64,000 bases of DNA from Chiloscyllium plagiosum (lineage: Eukaryota): NCBI RefSeq assembly GCF_004010195.1, contig NC_057723.1, positions 17,050,387 to 17,114,386 on the forward strand. The letters run 5' to 3'. Position 1 is the first letter of the stretch. Each line of letters starts with the position of its first letter. Of this stretch, positions 46,939 to 58,970 are shown one piece after another. The position numbers and the translations under genes were made by a program. The notes under the pieces were generated by a model. That model saw nothing but the letters and a program-made list of their open reading frames with translations. It did not search any database and had not been told where the DNA came from.

Positions 46939-49754
46939 TTAGGTGTAATGGGACTCTTTTGCTGTCTTAAGTCTGCAACTGAGTAGCACCTGATGAAAAT
47001 TTTAACTTTTTGACCAAGGCTTGGTTTTGATTTGGGGTTTTGTTGTGGGCTGACCTAGAATCCCTCTGTTCAGGATATGTCCTAATTGAGGCTCTGAAAT
47101 TGCCTTCAGTCAATTGTGGTTCCCCAAGCTCAGTTGGCCTGGTGAGGGTACCCACTCCAATCAGAATACCCTGCAACTCATCTGCTTCACTTGCTGAATT
47201 TTTCAAGGACAAAGCCAGTTGTAGGGCCTGTTTTAAATCCATTTTGGCTTCATCTTGTAGGCTTTTTTGCATGGTTACATCATTAATCCCAAATACTAAA
47301 CAGCCACTCAGCATCTCATTTAGGGTTAAACTGAAGCAACATGCCTCTGCCAGTTGTCTTAACCTAGTCAAAAATTCCACATACAGATTACATAGTTCTA
47401 GAATTACCAAGTAAAACTGATAGTGTCTCAAAATTGGAGAATTCTTGGGGTGATAACATTCCTTAACTAAATCCATCAACTTCTGAAAGCTTTTATTATT
47501 TGGTGCCTCAGGGAAAGTTAGGCTTCTCATAACCAAAAAAGCCGTGGATCCACAAGCTGCTTGGAGAATTACTCATTGCTCTTCATCTGCCCCAGTGTCA
47601 TTTGCCTAGAGAAAATAACATATTCTTTCCACATACTGGGCCCAGTCTTCAATGGCAGTGTCGAACGAGTCAAACTCCCCAAATAATGTCTTATGATCCT
47701 TCCCTACTAGTTACCTGATAAAGGAGCAGCACTCTGAAAGCTAGTACTTCCAAATAAACCTGTAGGATTATAACCTGGTGTCCTGTGATTTTTAACTTTA
47801 TTAACACGTGAAGAGTCCTTGACAAAAATTCACCTCCCTCAGAACCAGCTGTCAGAGTGAACAGGATGTCTGATACTCTCTTGTTCTTAGCAGTCAGCCA
47901 GGAACCAGATTAACAACCCCAATCAGGGAAATCATATTCTATGAGGGTCACCTGGCTGCCCTCGTTACAATCTCTACAAATATGGCTATAGGTAATCCAG
48001 GATTATAATCTGTCATCATGACAGCTGTAAAATGCTTTAAGATAGGTTACACCCAAAACATTGACTTCGCCATCTCCTGATGCTTCCTGGCTTGCTGTGT
48101 TCTTCTAGCCTCCAGTTGTCTACCTTGGAATCTAGCATCTGCAGTTTCTTTGTTGCTAGTAGAATGCTTTCAGGTTGTGAAAGATAATAGTATATTTGTT
48201 TTCCTTTTAAAAGTATTGAAGTCAGAATAAGAGTGAGATAGGCCTGGGAATACAAGGCTCTGTATAATTATAAGTGGGCAACAACATTCTGAGTGAGGAA
48301 AGATATTCAGAGATGATGAGTTTACTCTTTGTAAAGGAAATAAAGTTCAGCTCACCCTGACCATTTTGATATCCAAAGTGCTAATTAAAACAGCTAATCT
48401 ACCTACAACCAGAGACTCACTGCATTGTATCAAACACATGGAAAATGTAATTAGTCTGAGAAGAACCAACAATTATTGCAGAGGTCTTGCTGTCTTTCCC
48501 AAAACGTCAATAGAGTTAGATATCTGTGACAATGTGAACTAAGAATATATAAGCACCAACTAAAATGGAGGATTGAATCTTAGCAGCAGAAAATAATACA
48601 ATTGGAATACTGATCATTAAAAGTGGAAAAGAGCAATTGTAAACTTGCATCGCTCCTTCAGGAAAATGAATATGAAATTATTCCAGTGAATTGCTTTGGT
48701 GTCCAATTAATAACTTATTCAGAGAACACCTGATACATTTAAAAATCACATTCACAGCTTTTACTATTCGGATCACAAGCCAGCACATTATTCACAAGCT
48801 GCTATCTTACTCCTATCTCCTTTTAGTATTCTCTTTCCGCCTCTACTGTTTGATTGCATTAAAGCAATTCGCGTCCAGATACAGGCTAACCCTTTCAGCA
48901 CAGAATGTCCTTCAGAGATTAAACTTGTCTGCACTGAAGTGGCGAGCAGTATCATGTGGTAAAGCTCTAAAGGCCATTTTCTTACAGTGATTGAGGAATG
49001 ACACTCAGATGATCCTTTGTGTGTCATTGCCCCTGCTTCATATTATTATCACTAGTCCTGTGATGCTCCTTTCCTTGTAATTCTGCAAGAGGCTGATCTG
49101 GGGACAGAAGCCTGATGGGATAATGCAGCTGTGTATTGCGCAATGCCTCCCAGGGTCATGATGGAGACAGAAGGCATGTTTTTGTGCAATTGGCCCAACG
49201 TCAAATCACAGGACCAATAGACGTGTGAGAGAGTCAAGCTGTGAGGGCTCCAGAAAACAATTACTTTATATTTGTCACTGATCTTGATGGTTAGAATGCC
49301 ATAGTTCCCCTGTCAATGATGCTGAAATGATTGGATACATTTTAAATCGTGTAGCACTGTTGGTGTTGAGATACGTCACCTCAGCTATTAAACCACAACG
49401 GGCTCAATACTGACTGAATAGAGCAGAAGGGAGGAAGAGGGTCAGGGAATAATTTCCTGAGTGGAAGATCCATTCAGTGGAAGAGACAGATTCCAGCACT
49501 GCAGCAATGAAAATTGGGGTTTTGCAAGAGACCTGAATGCAAACATAGAGGCCACAATGAGCACATTGGCCATGGCTGGATGCAATATGTCCGAGCTGAC
49601 CGGTTCCACTTTCCAGCAGAATTCGTTTTCTTTTCTGAGACCTCAGCTGCAGTTTGAAAACCTGAGGTTTGGTAATTGCAAACACAATCCCCAGTTCTAC
49701 CATTTTGTATTGCACATTGCTAAAACTAATAGGCTCAGGTACAGATTACCTCTA

Positions 49755-50685
49755 AATTGAATTGAATTAAATTGAATTGAATTTAATTTACTTTAATTTA
49801 GTTTATTGTCACGAGCACCGAGGCACTGTGAAAAGCATTGTCTTGCAAGCAATGCAGGCAGATCTCAGAGTTAAGTAGCATTGATAAGTAAATAATGGGT
49901 AGACAGCGGCAAAGACAAAGGCACAGGTACAGGCAAATGCTAAGAGTTTGTGAGTCCATTCAGTATTTGAACAACCATAGGGGAGAAACTGTTTTGAATG
50001 TATTCAGGTTTCTGTACCTTCTCCTGTTTTATAAATTCTCAAGGATCGGGTTCGCAGGAGAGTAGTCTGACACAGACCAGGAGAAAAGAACTGAGAGACG
50101 AGTTTGCTAGAATATAAGTATTTTATTCCCCGCAGTGTCGCCTCAACCAGGTCTCGTACTTACAACGGGTCTGGTTTATACTCACTCTACATGTTACCGG
50201 AACTGGGAGCCGTCAGTTCTCGTAGAGCGGTTGCCAACAACCCACGCTCAGCGGTTAAACGTAACCCAGAGCAGACTCTACCGAACTGGGGACTTTCCCA
50301 GCTTATATACTCTTTCGAGATCTAAACATTCATGCGAACAACAGGGCAAGACTCTTTACGAGTTTCAGCTGGAACCAATTAAGCTTGCAACATCCTGTTT
50401 GACAGTGTCTGTTCCTTATCAAGGCTGGTAGCATAAACACCATAAGCAACACATTCCATTCCGGCAACATATTCATGCGAACAACAGGGCAAGACTAAGC
50501 AACACCTTCCATTCCGGTAACATATTCATGATAAGATTCACACATGTATTGGGACATAATTTTAACCCTTTCACCACATCTCCCCAATGGTAGAGGTTGT
50601 AAAAAAGCATTATCAGGGTGGGATGGATCTTTGAGAATGCTGGCGGCCTTTCCTTGACAGCGGGCCTGGTAGACAGCAGACCTTT
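49755..50685 (-). mobile_element. Rex1/Babar LINE 3' fragment, interrupted by a solo LTR
   Basis: Colinear with 62048-62612; (ttgaa)n tail; KAASILKDPSHP. Confidence 0.88.
50025..50578 (-). mobile_element. Young solo LTR (554 bp) with 5-bp TSD TCTCC
   Basis: TG..CA ends; TCTCC at 50020-50024 and 50579-50583; empty site visible in the paralog at ~62290; minus-strand TATATAA (~50303-50309) and AATAAA (~50122-50127); U3 direct repeats. Confidence 0.92.
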
Positions 50686-50798
50686 TCATCAATGTATACA
50701 TCTCTTAGGCTATAAAAGATAGCAAGTCATTTAATTCAAGATTTAAAACAGTTAAAGGATTTGATAAAGAAGATAGACAAAGACTGTTTCTTCTGGTG

Positions 50799-51017
50799 TG
50801 TCATGATTTGGAAATGCCGGTATTGGACTGGGGTGTGTAAAGTTAAAATCACACAAAGTCCAACCAGGTTTATTTGGAAGCACTAGCTTTCAGAACGCTG
50901 CTCCTTCATCAGGTGATTGTGTTTATCACAATCACTTGATGAAGGAACGGCACTCCAAAAGCTAGTGCTTCCAAATAAACCTGTTTGACTATAACCTGGT
51001 GTTGTGTGATTTTTAAC
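50799..51017. mobile_element. Palindromic Penelope family-B unit with two hammerhead-like cores and 9-bp TSD
   Basis: TSD cttctggtg / cttctagtg; minus-strand core CAC-CTGATGA-A-GGAGC-AGC-GTTCT-GAAA-GCTA-GTG at 50881-50915. Confidence 0.82.
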
Positions 51018-52324
51018 CTTCTAGTGAGGGTTTCCAGAGTAAGGCAGCATAACTTTCCAATTAAAACTAGGCCTTTCAGGCAATGGTGAAGAAGCTCAGC
51101 AGGTCTGGCTGTATCTGAATGGGATTTGGAAGAGTCATATTGGACTCAAACTGTAGGCTCTGTGTCTCTTACCACAGATGCTGCCAGACCTCCTGAATTT
51201 CTACATCATTATCAGTATTTTGCTTTTATTCTCCGTTTATGCTGGAAATCATGTTGTTACATAATGGAACTCTCTCCCTCATCAAAAAGTTTTGAGATGA
51301 GGTCAATTGAAAACTTCAAAATTGAGATTGATAGGTGGATTTATTAAGAGATACAATGTCAATGGATTTGTGATACAGATGAACCATGATTTAATTGAAT
51401 GGAACAAGCTGGAGGGATTAAATCATCTTGTGTTGCAGCTATCTTTCAAATAGCCCACACCTGTAAGTTGTTGCACTGACAATGTTTATAAATTCATACT
51501 TTATAATCTCACTTCTTTTTGTTATCATATTACCACATTGTGAAATTGGAATTTATTGTTTAGCACATTCATTTTATGAGGTCACCTCTGAGACATGGAT
51601 TCAAATAGAATCCAATTCAATTCAGACAGGAAGCATTTGCTTGCTGATGACCTTTAATGGTGTCAAGTGAAGTGTGCTTAGACATTCTCAATTTAAATCT
51701 TTCGACCTTTCAATGAGACAACTCTGCTGATGGTAAAAATTGGATCTGTTTGTCAGTGAAGTAAATCCCAACACCAAAAGCTATGATCGAAAGCATGAAA
51801 ACCAGATTGCTTAACTAACGCTATCGTCAAAATCTCAGTGGTTTAAAGTTTGCCTCTGCTTTACCATAAAATGATTCCTAATAGTAAAAAAAAATCCTTA
51901 CATGGGAATTGCTGCAACTGTCCTAATTTTTCTGGTGTCTATAACTACATTGCACTAAAAATCCTTTTCCCCTAAGATGCAAGCCTCACCTGTATTGGTG
52001 TATTTACTGACTAGCACCTTTGTTCCATACATTTATTTGTGTTTGCTCTTGCTTGTAATGTGTGTATTTATGTATATAATAAGAAATGTGTGTCATTGTT
52101 CAATACTGAGTCCAAAAATTGTTGGTTTATATTCAATTTCACAGATTTAAGTGCATTATCCAGTCTGACTCCAGTAAGTATTTTGGAAGAATTGCCATGT
52201 TGAAAGTGCCATTTGTCTGGGGAAATGCAGTTGTACATGGTGTCCTAACTGGCTTGCCAGTCATGCAATCACTGACTCCTCTGTAACTTGTTTTCACATC
52301 GATTTATGGAAAACATTTGAAACC

Positions 52325-52930
52325 TGGGTGTAATCTGACAGAAGCCTAAACTTTGTGGGGTTTGGTATGAATTATGGTAGAATCGTATGAGAATTCTGGT
52401 GAGGCTTATCACGACACTGTGGGAAACTCATTGCATTTTTAAAACAAGCTATGGCTATCTTAAATAAGATTGACTCTTTCTATCCTATTGTGGACTATTG
52501 GACTGAGTAAGAGGCAGGTATAAAGGGTGATGAACATGGGTGGCACAGCTATCACTTTTGGGGCAGGGTAATGAGGTATCCTGAGCAAGGGAGTAGGCAG
52601 TGCAGAGAGCCTGTCAGGGTAGTGAGGTATCCTGAGTGAGGGAGTAGGTAATGCAGAGAGCCTGCAGGGTTAGTGCTGTCAGGGTAGTGAGGTATCCTGA
52701 GCGAGGGAGTAGGCAGTGCAAAGACCCTGCAGGGTTAGTGCTGTCAGGGGTTGAGATGGATGACACTGAGCTGGAGAAGATGTTGCAGGCAATAGTGAGA
52801 GTGGCAGAACATGGATCCTTTTGGAAGGTGCGTCCAGTAACAGAAAGAGAGAGAGCAAGTGTGAAATATCAGAGAAAAGATGATAGCATTTACAATGGTG
52901 GAGGGGAGAAGGTCATTGACCTTCTTCCTA
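52325..52930 (-). mobile_element. Harbinger-like remnant
   Basis: EQHRKKVNDLL matches the Myb/SANT C-terminal motif also seen at ~18500. Confidence 0.35.
52564..52750. repeat. Minisatellite, three ~50-bp units plus 15-bp subunits
   Basis: cagggtagtgaggtatcctgagcgagggagtaggcagtgcagagagcctg x3; cagggttagtgctgt x2. Confidence 0.9.
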
Positions 52931-54329
52931 TGTTGTTCCACCTCTTCCCTCGCCTGAGGCATTATGACCCTCAGGTTAAACCACCACTGGGCATCTCTCT
53001 CTCTAATGAGAGAGCAGCCCTATGGTCCTCTGATGTTTTACTCATCCCAAGCAAGTGGAGAATATTCCATCATATTTTTCACTTGTGTCTTCTGGATGAT
53101 GGACAGGCTTTGGGGAGCCAAGAGGTGAAATAAATACTACAGACTTCTACCCTCTGACCTGCGTTTGTAGACAAACAACTGTTAAAAAACATGCCGAGTC
53201 ATTTATAAAGTGAAAACACAATTTTTGGTGTGAGAAATGTTTAGGTCAAGTTGGAGACGGATAATAGAAGAAAGTTGAATTCATAAGATGGCAAGCTGAC
53301 TATAAAACCTGATAAATGGCTTAATTTACATGATTAGAGGGAACAAAAAAGAGAGATATTGGTAGCCTTAGGAAATACTTGAAATTCACAAAAGAGATTT
53401 TTCTTTTGACAAAATTTCATTTAAAACCTCAGCTAATGCCACTTTCTTGATTCATTCCAATTACTGAATGAGCAATGAGCTTCCACTGTAATGTAAGAAG
53501 TGGAAAATAAATTCCAATTAAGTAATTTGTTGTAATTTTAATGTAGTCATGGAGGAGAGCTGTTCACAAACTCAAAGGACTGAGGAATGGTATGAACTTG
53601 GGATTTGAAGTTAGCTGGTAGTATCACATTGTATGAAATTAAAGCAGCCCAGTGCTTCTGCTTATTCCACTGCTTGAGACAAAAGCCATAGTATAGACAA
53701 ACTTTCTGTTTATGTGCAAGAGCCCAGAACAGCATTTGCACTATTATATACAAGGTGATTATAGTTAATCCATCACAAATAATTGGATCCTGTGTGCATT
53801 ATATTTACTAAATCTGGAAGACTCCTTTCAATCTAATGGTTTTTAAGGATTCCAGGTAAAATTAATCTTGGATGGTCCCAGTCCAGTGGGTGCAAGTCTA
53901 CAGCATAAAGCAATAAATCAGAATAAATTGGCACTAAACTGACAGTTTCATTCAGCGAGGTTATAAGAAGGGCTTGTAAGGGTAATACAAAAATTCACAC
54001 TATTGTCATAAAAATGCTCTTTGGAGTCCAGGACATCAGGCTTTTTACTCCGGTAAAGTACAACAAGCTGAAGCCTAAATTCTGCCTTTTTTTAAAAGCC
54101 CAGATTACAGAGAACTTTATGTATACAGGATGAGAGAAAAGAAGAATGAGACTGGGATTGAGTATTTTACCATCACCGATGTAATTCACCTTGATTAGAT
54201 GAAAGTCATCAATAAAAATAATCTGAGTAAAATTCAGAAATATCTGCATATTTGATCAAAAGTAAATATTTTATGCAAAATCTGACATTATTAGAATTTT
54301 TTTTGAATGCCTGGAATTTTTCAACAGCT

Positions 54330-54690
54330 TACTGAAAAGGAATGCTTATGGGATGTGAGCATTGCTGGCAAGGCCAGCATTTATTGTCCACACTTAATTG
54401 CTCTTGAACAGGCCATTTCAGAAACATGCACATTATTGTGGGGTCTAGAGTCACAAGTAAGCTAGATTGGATGAAGTTGGCAGAAAGGACATTTAGTGAA
54501 ATTGACGTCTCCTTTCCCAACAATCGATGGTAATTTCATTGTTACCATTACTGAGACTAGCATTTTAAAAACTTCCAGGTTTAAAATCTGCCAGACGCCA
54601 TACAGGGATTTGAATCCATCTCCCCAGAACGTGGACATTAAAATTACTTGTCCACTCAGATTGCCACTCAGCCACTGCCTCCCATGTGAG
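54330..54690 (-). mobile_element. tRNA-head SINE (family of 14465/33310)
   Basis: gggatgtgagcattgctggcaaggccagcatttattg tail; gggatttgaatcc B-box. Confidence 0.7.
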
Positions 54691-56259
54691 GTGCTTTTGT
54701 CTTCTGTGTTAAAATGGAATTTTATTTCCTGTCCTCTTACAATTCTATGACAAGAAAATAATTTATGAAATTTTCAAATGGGCTCCTTACCGTTCATGGG
54801 TCCCTTCGAGCTGTGAATTGAACTGTCAAAGTGACCCAGCAGCATTTAATCACATAATCTGATGGTGTGTAACTTTGAAATGACAGACTGCAAACGCTTT
54901 TTTATAGTGAGGACTTCATAGACCATGTCAGAAAATGATTTTTAATTCAAATTCAGTTTCAATTATTTTTTTTCTTTCTCTCTGTGGTCCTGTTGGATCT
55001 TTCACTTCTGCCTATTAACCCTTGCTGTCTGCACCAAGATACATTTACTGCTGTTAGTAGTGGGGAGGGAGCAATTGGCTATTCTTAATTGCTAAATTGT
55101 AAAGTAGCACTGAACATCATTTACCGAATAATTTTAATTTTTGTTCCCTTTGAGGAAGATTTATTATTGTCCATTAGGAAAAGATTTATAGAAAAAAAAT
55201 GATACCTATGCTTTGCCTGTGTACATTAAATTGACTTGAACCTTGCTGACCCAACCATCACATGCTGGCAGTTTTGGGAGAAGATAAAATGCAACAGAAG
55301 GAAAAATGATTTTTTAACAATTTCTATATGTGATTAATGTTGATATTATACAATGAGTGTGGCTTACAGAACAATGTCTTCTCTTTATACTCAACACCAC
55401 TTTCAATTAGTATAAGCTACGCTGGATATTTCACACTTATCATTTTACTGGAGATGTTCGGTTAAGAATTGGGTGGACAAAGTACTAATAATAACCATCC
55501 TATTAGAAATGCTTACATGTATTTGTGAAAATAATAAAGGTGGGATACCTTTATTATCATATCCACATACACAACTTGGAAAAAATACACACATTTTAGA
55601 TGTATTTGTGCTTAACAATGCTGGACATTTAGCAATCTTGCAACAGAAAAGGCTTAACATGAGCTGTCAGCTTTGATCTGCACTAGTGCACCGACACTGT
55701 AATGTTCACAAACCACATCCAACTGATTTCCAATTAACACTAAGAATGTCATGAGAAATGGGGAGAAGAAATACCACCCTACCCAACAGTTTTGCATGGA
55801 TCTTGGACCATGTTAGAGATTGCTTTATGAAATGAAAAATATCTCTGTAGTATCTAACATAATATCATCTTATTGCACACATGTGTAACCAATCTGACCA
55901 ACAACAGAGGTTTCAATTTATCATCTGTGTCTCATCCTCCAGCCACAACATTATAACTCTTTTGTGTTCTTTTCTCAAACCACTCTGGCTCAATGTTTCC
56001 CTCTTCTTTCAAAAGTTTAATAAAAACTTATCGCTTGAACCATGTTCTCAGTCACTCAATTTCCCATCTGCTGTTCTGTTTTCTCCTCATAAAGTTTCAT
56101 CATGAATAAGATCCACTGGTTTTTATGAGTGATATTAAATAAATATTGTTTGCTGATAAACTCTGTTGTAGTTCAAACATTGACATTTGCAAAGGGAATG
56201 ATTTGTCTTTAGTTTTCCACATCAATAGCAAAAAAAAAGGGGCACAGATAATTATTGAT

Positions 56260-56940
56260 CGATAAGGAAAGGGGGAAGTCTAACAAGACTTGGGTGTTCT
56301 TGCACATCAGTTGCTGTAAGTAAGCAAGTGCAGCAGCAGGTGAAGAGGTGAATGCTATACTGACTTTCATAGCAAGAGGATTTGCCGACAGGAGCAAGGA
56401 TGTCTTGTTGCAATTGTACAGGGCCTTGGTGAGACCACACTTCAAGTATTGTGTGCAGTTGTGGTCTCCTTGTTGGCAGAAGGATTTTCTAGCATGGAGG
56501 CACTGCAAAAAAAAGTTTACCATATTGATTCCTTGGATGACAGCATTCATATATGAAGAGAGACTGTTTGGTAAGGAGGTTAGAAGAATGAGAGGGCGAT
56601 TTCATAGAAACCAATAAAATTCGAACATGAATGGACAGAGTAAATGCAGGAAGGATGCGCTTTATGAGTGGGGAGTCGAGTATCATTGTTTAAGGATATG
56701 GTTAGGCCATTTAAGAGAGATTAGGAGAAATTTCTTTAAAGAAAGCAGGTGATGCCAAAACGTAGAATGTTTTCAAGGAGGATAGAGACATATTTCTGAG
56801 GGTTAAAAGGATCGATTGGTATGGGGAGAAAGGGGAGCAGGGCACTGAGTTGGATGATCTATTCTGATCATATTAAATGTCAGACCAAGCTCAAAGAACT
56901 GAATGACATACTCCTGTTCCTATTTATTTTGATACTATGT
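56260..56940 (+). mobile_element. CR1 3' fragment
   Basis: NAILTFIARGF..SKDVLLQLYRALVRPHFKYCVQLWSP. Confidence 0.88.
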
Positions 56941-58267
56941 TTTCCTTTAATTCGGTCTCCTTCACATGATACAAAATGAAGGGAAAAAGTGCAGTCTCAT
57001 CATCAAACTATTTATTACATTTACTGGAAATTACAGACTGAAAGCTTTTAGAAGGGAGAAATTAGCAAACCATGCTAGAAAATGACAGTTCTGAAATTAA
57101 TAATTCTGCAGTAAATTCTGTTTTTACCATCATCACTTATTTATCGTGCATACAATTTTCTCTAGCTTGCACTTTGACTCTGACATACTGCTGAATAATG
57201 TTAAATGTACATAAGGCTTTTAAAAATGTTTTCACACTAATAGGATGCCTCTGGCAAAGGAGCATTGCAGAATTTTTGTAGATAAGAGTGAGATTGTTCT
57301 GAAAGTGGGATAGAAGCTGTAGAACATATCAGGCACTGATACGTGGTAGAACTTGCAGCAGAACAGATCAGTGAATGATTACTCGTTGGTATTAGCCATG
57401 AGTAGCTAAGAATAGATTGTAGGTACTACAGAGATATAGGTTCTCAAGAGATCATTTCCAAGTACGCTGATGTACAAAACCCATCTCCATTAACATTCCC
57501 TACTTGCTCCACTGCCTGTACCTATTCATGGACTGAATTTGCATTATCTGTTATTGAAATTATACTGAATCATGGAACTGTTAGAGATGCATGCCAGTTT
57601 CAACTGGTGCTGTGAACTTTTGGAAGCTCATTAAAAACACGTCAGGTTTGAGAGTTTGTGAAGAAAAAGGAAAACCTGCTGAGGAGCCAGGAACGTTTCA
57701 ATAGGTAAGTGTAAAATGTTTTCACACTTCCAAATGTCACTATTAGGTGTTGCATTGTGACATAGATGAAGCAGTGCATTAAAAATACATCATACGGTTC
57801 TGTCCATTAAGGTAAGTTGACCCTTACATTTACCAGCATTGTGCAATTGTTCACATCCCTTATAGTACCAATGTGGCTGGTTCCATAATGTATCTAAAAA
57901 TGTTAGAGAAGAAGTCCCCTACTATCATGTTTGTGTGCTCTGATTAGATTGAATTAGTAGACATAGCTGAGTCAAATAAATCCTGCTTCTGAAAGTTGAT
58001 AAAATGATCTGCACCTATATGCCTCCCACTTATTGATGGACATTTTGAAATATTAATGGTTATCTCTTCTATCAGTGGAACTGGACATTTTGTTGTAACA
58101 GTTAATCATAATGAATTTTGACTTGGATTCAAAAGCTTCAGTTTGTTCAGCAATCATTGAAACCTTTACAAGCTGAGAATAACAGAAAATGGCTTTGATA
58201 TATTTTCTTAATTGTATACAAACCTAATCGACACATAAAGTATGACAAGTTTTTTTCACTTGGGTTT

Positions 58268-58617
58268 TCTGTTGGAATATTGCGTGCAATTCTGTACTCC
58301 TTCCTATTGGAAAGATGTTGTGAAACTTGAAAGGGTTCAGAAAAGATTTACAAGGATGTTNNNNNNNNNNNNNNNNNNNNNNNNNNNNNNNNNNNNNNNN
58401 NNNNNNNNNNNNNNNNNNNNNNNNNNNNNNNNNNNNNNNNNNNNNNNNNNNNNNNNNNNNNNNNNNNNNNNNNNNGGTATATAAATAGGAAGGGTTTGGA
58501 GGAATATGGGCCGGGTGCTGGCAGGTGGGACTAGATTGGGTTGGGATATCTGGTCTGCGTGGACGGGTTGGACCGAAGGATCTGTTTCCATGCTGTACAT
58601 TTCTATGACTCTATGGT
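58268..58617 (+). mobile_element. HER1-type CR1 3' fragment spanning gap 58361-58476
   Basis: LEYCVQF..SYWKDVVKLERVQKRFTRM; HER1 tail. Confidence 0.88.
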
Positions 58618-58748
58618 CCTGTATCAATCATGATGAGCTTGCAATAGGGGTTTCTTACATAGTTAAAGGTTTAATTACTTTTCCATGAATGCAAATCACT
58701 TCCTGTTGCTATGGTAGAGCTCCAAGTTACAATACTTAGTTTATACAA

Positions 58749-58970
58749 TCATGATTTGGAGGTGCCAGTGTTGGACTGGGGTATACAAAGTTAAAAATTA
58801 CACAACACCTGGTTATAGTCTACCAGGTTTATTTGGAAGCACTAGCTTTCAAACCATTGCTCCTTCATCAGGTGATTCTGGCCACAACCACCTGATGAAG
58901 GAGCTCTGAAAGCTAGTGCTTCGAAATAAACCTGTTGGACTATAACCAAGTGCTGTGTGATTTTTAACTT
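58749..58970. mobile_element. Palindromic Penelope family-B unit
   Basis: Arms 58788-58874 / 58889-58970 plus a ~40-bp unpaired extension, same architecture as 50799; acttagtt near both ends. Confidence 0.82.

Larger units (their letters stand above)
43428..47978 (-). mobile_element. Gypsy (Mag/K02A2.6-like) LTR retrotransposon: degenerate gag-PR-RT-RNaseH, integrase core deleted
   Basis: LTR copies at 43428-43567 and ~47800-47978 (TG..CA, flanks aattt/aatat); gag EDWAQYVER; protease LELNTSVAVSV; RT WIAPITSIVKPDWSDRLCGEFK; integrase HHCC start ILAELH then jumps into the LTR. Confidence 0.9.

Noticed and set aside
52564-52750. CRISPR-like array
   Set aside because: Contiguous tandem units without unique spacers, in eukaryotic DNA with no cas genes.
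52651-53133. 160-aa ORF as a host gene
   Set aside because: Runs across a minisatellite, a transposon remnant and SINE/LINE fragments.
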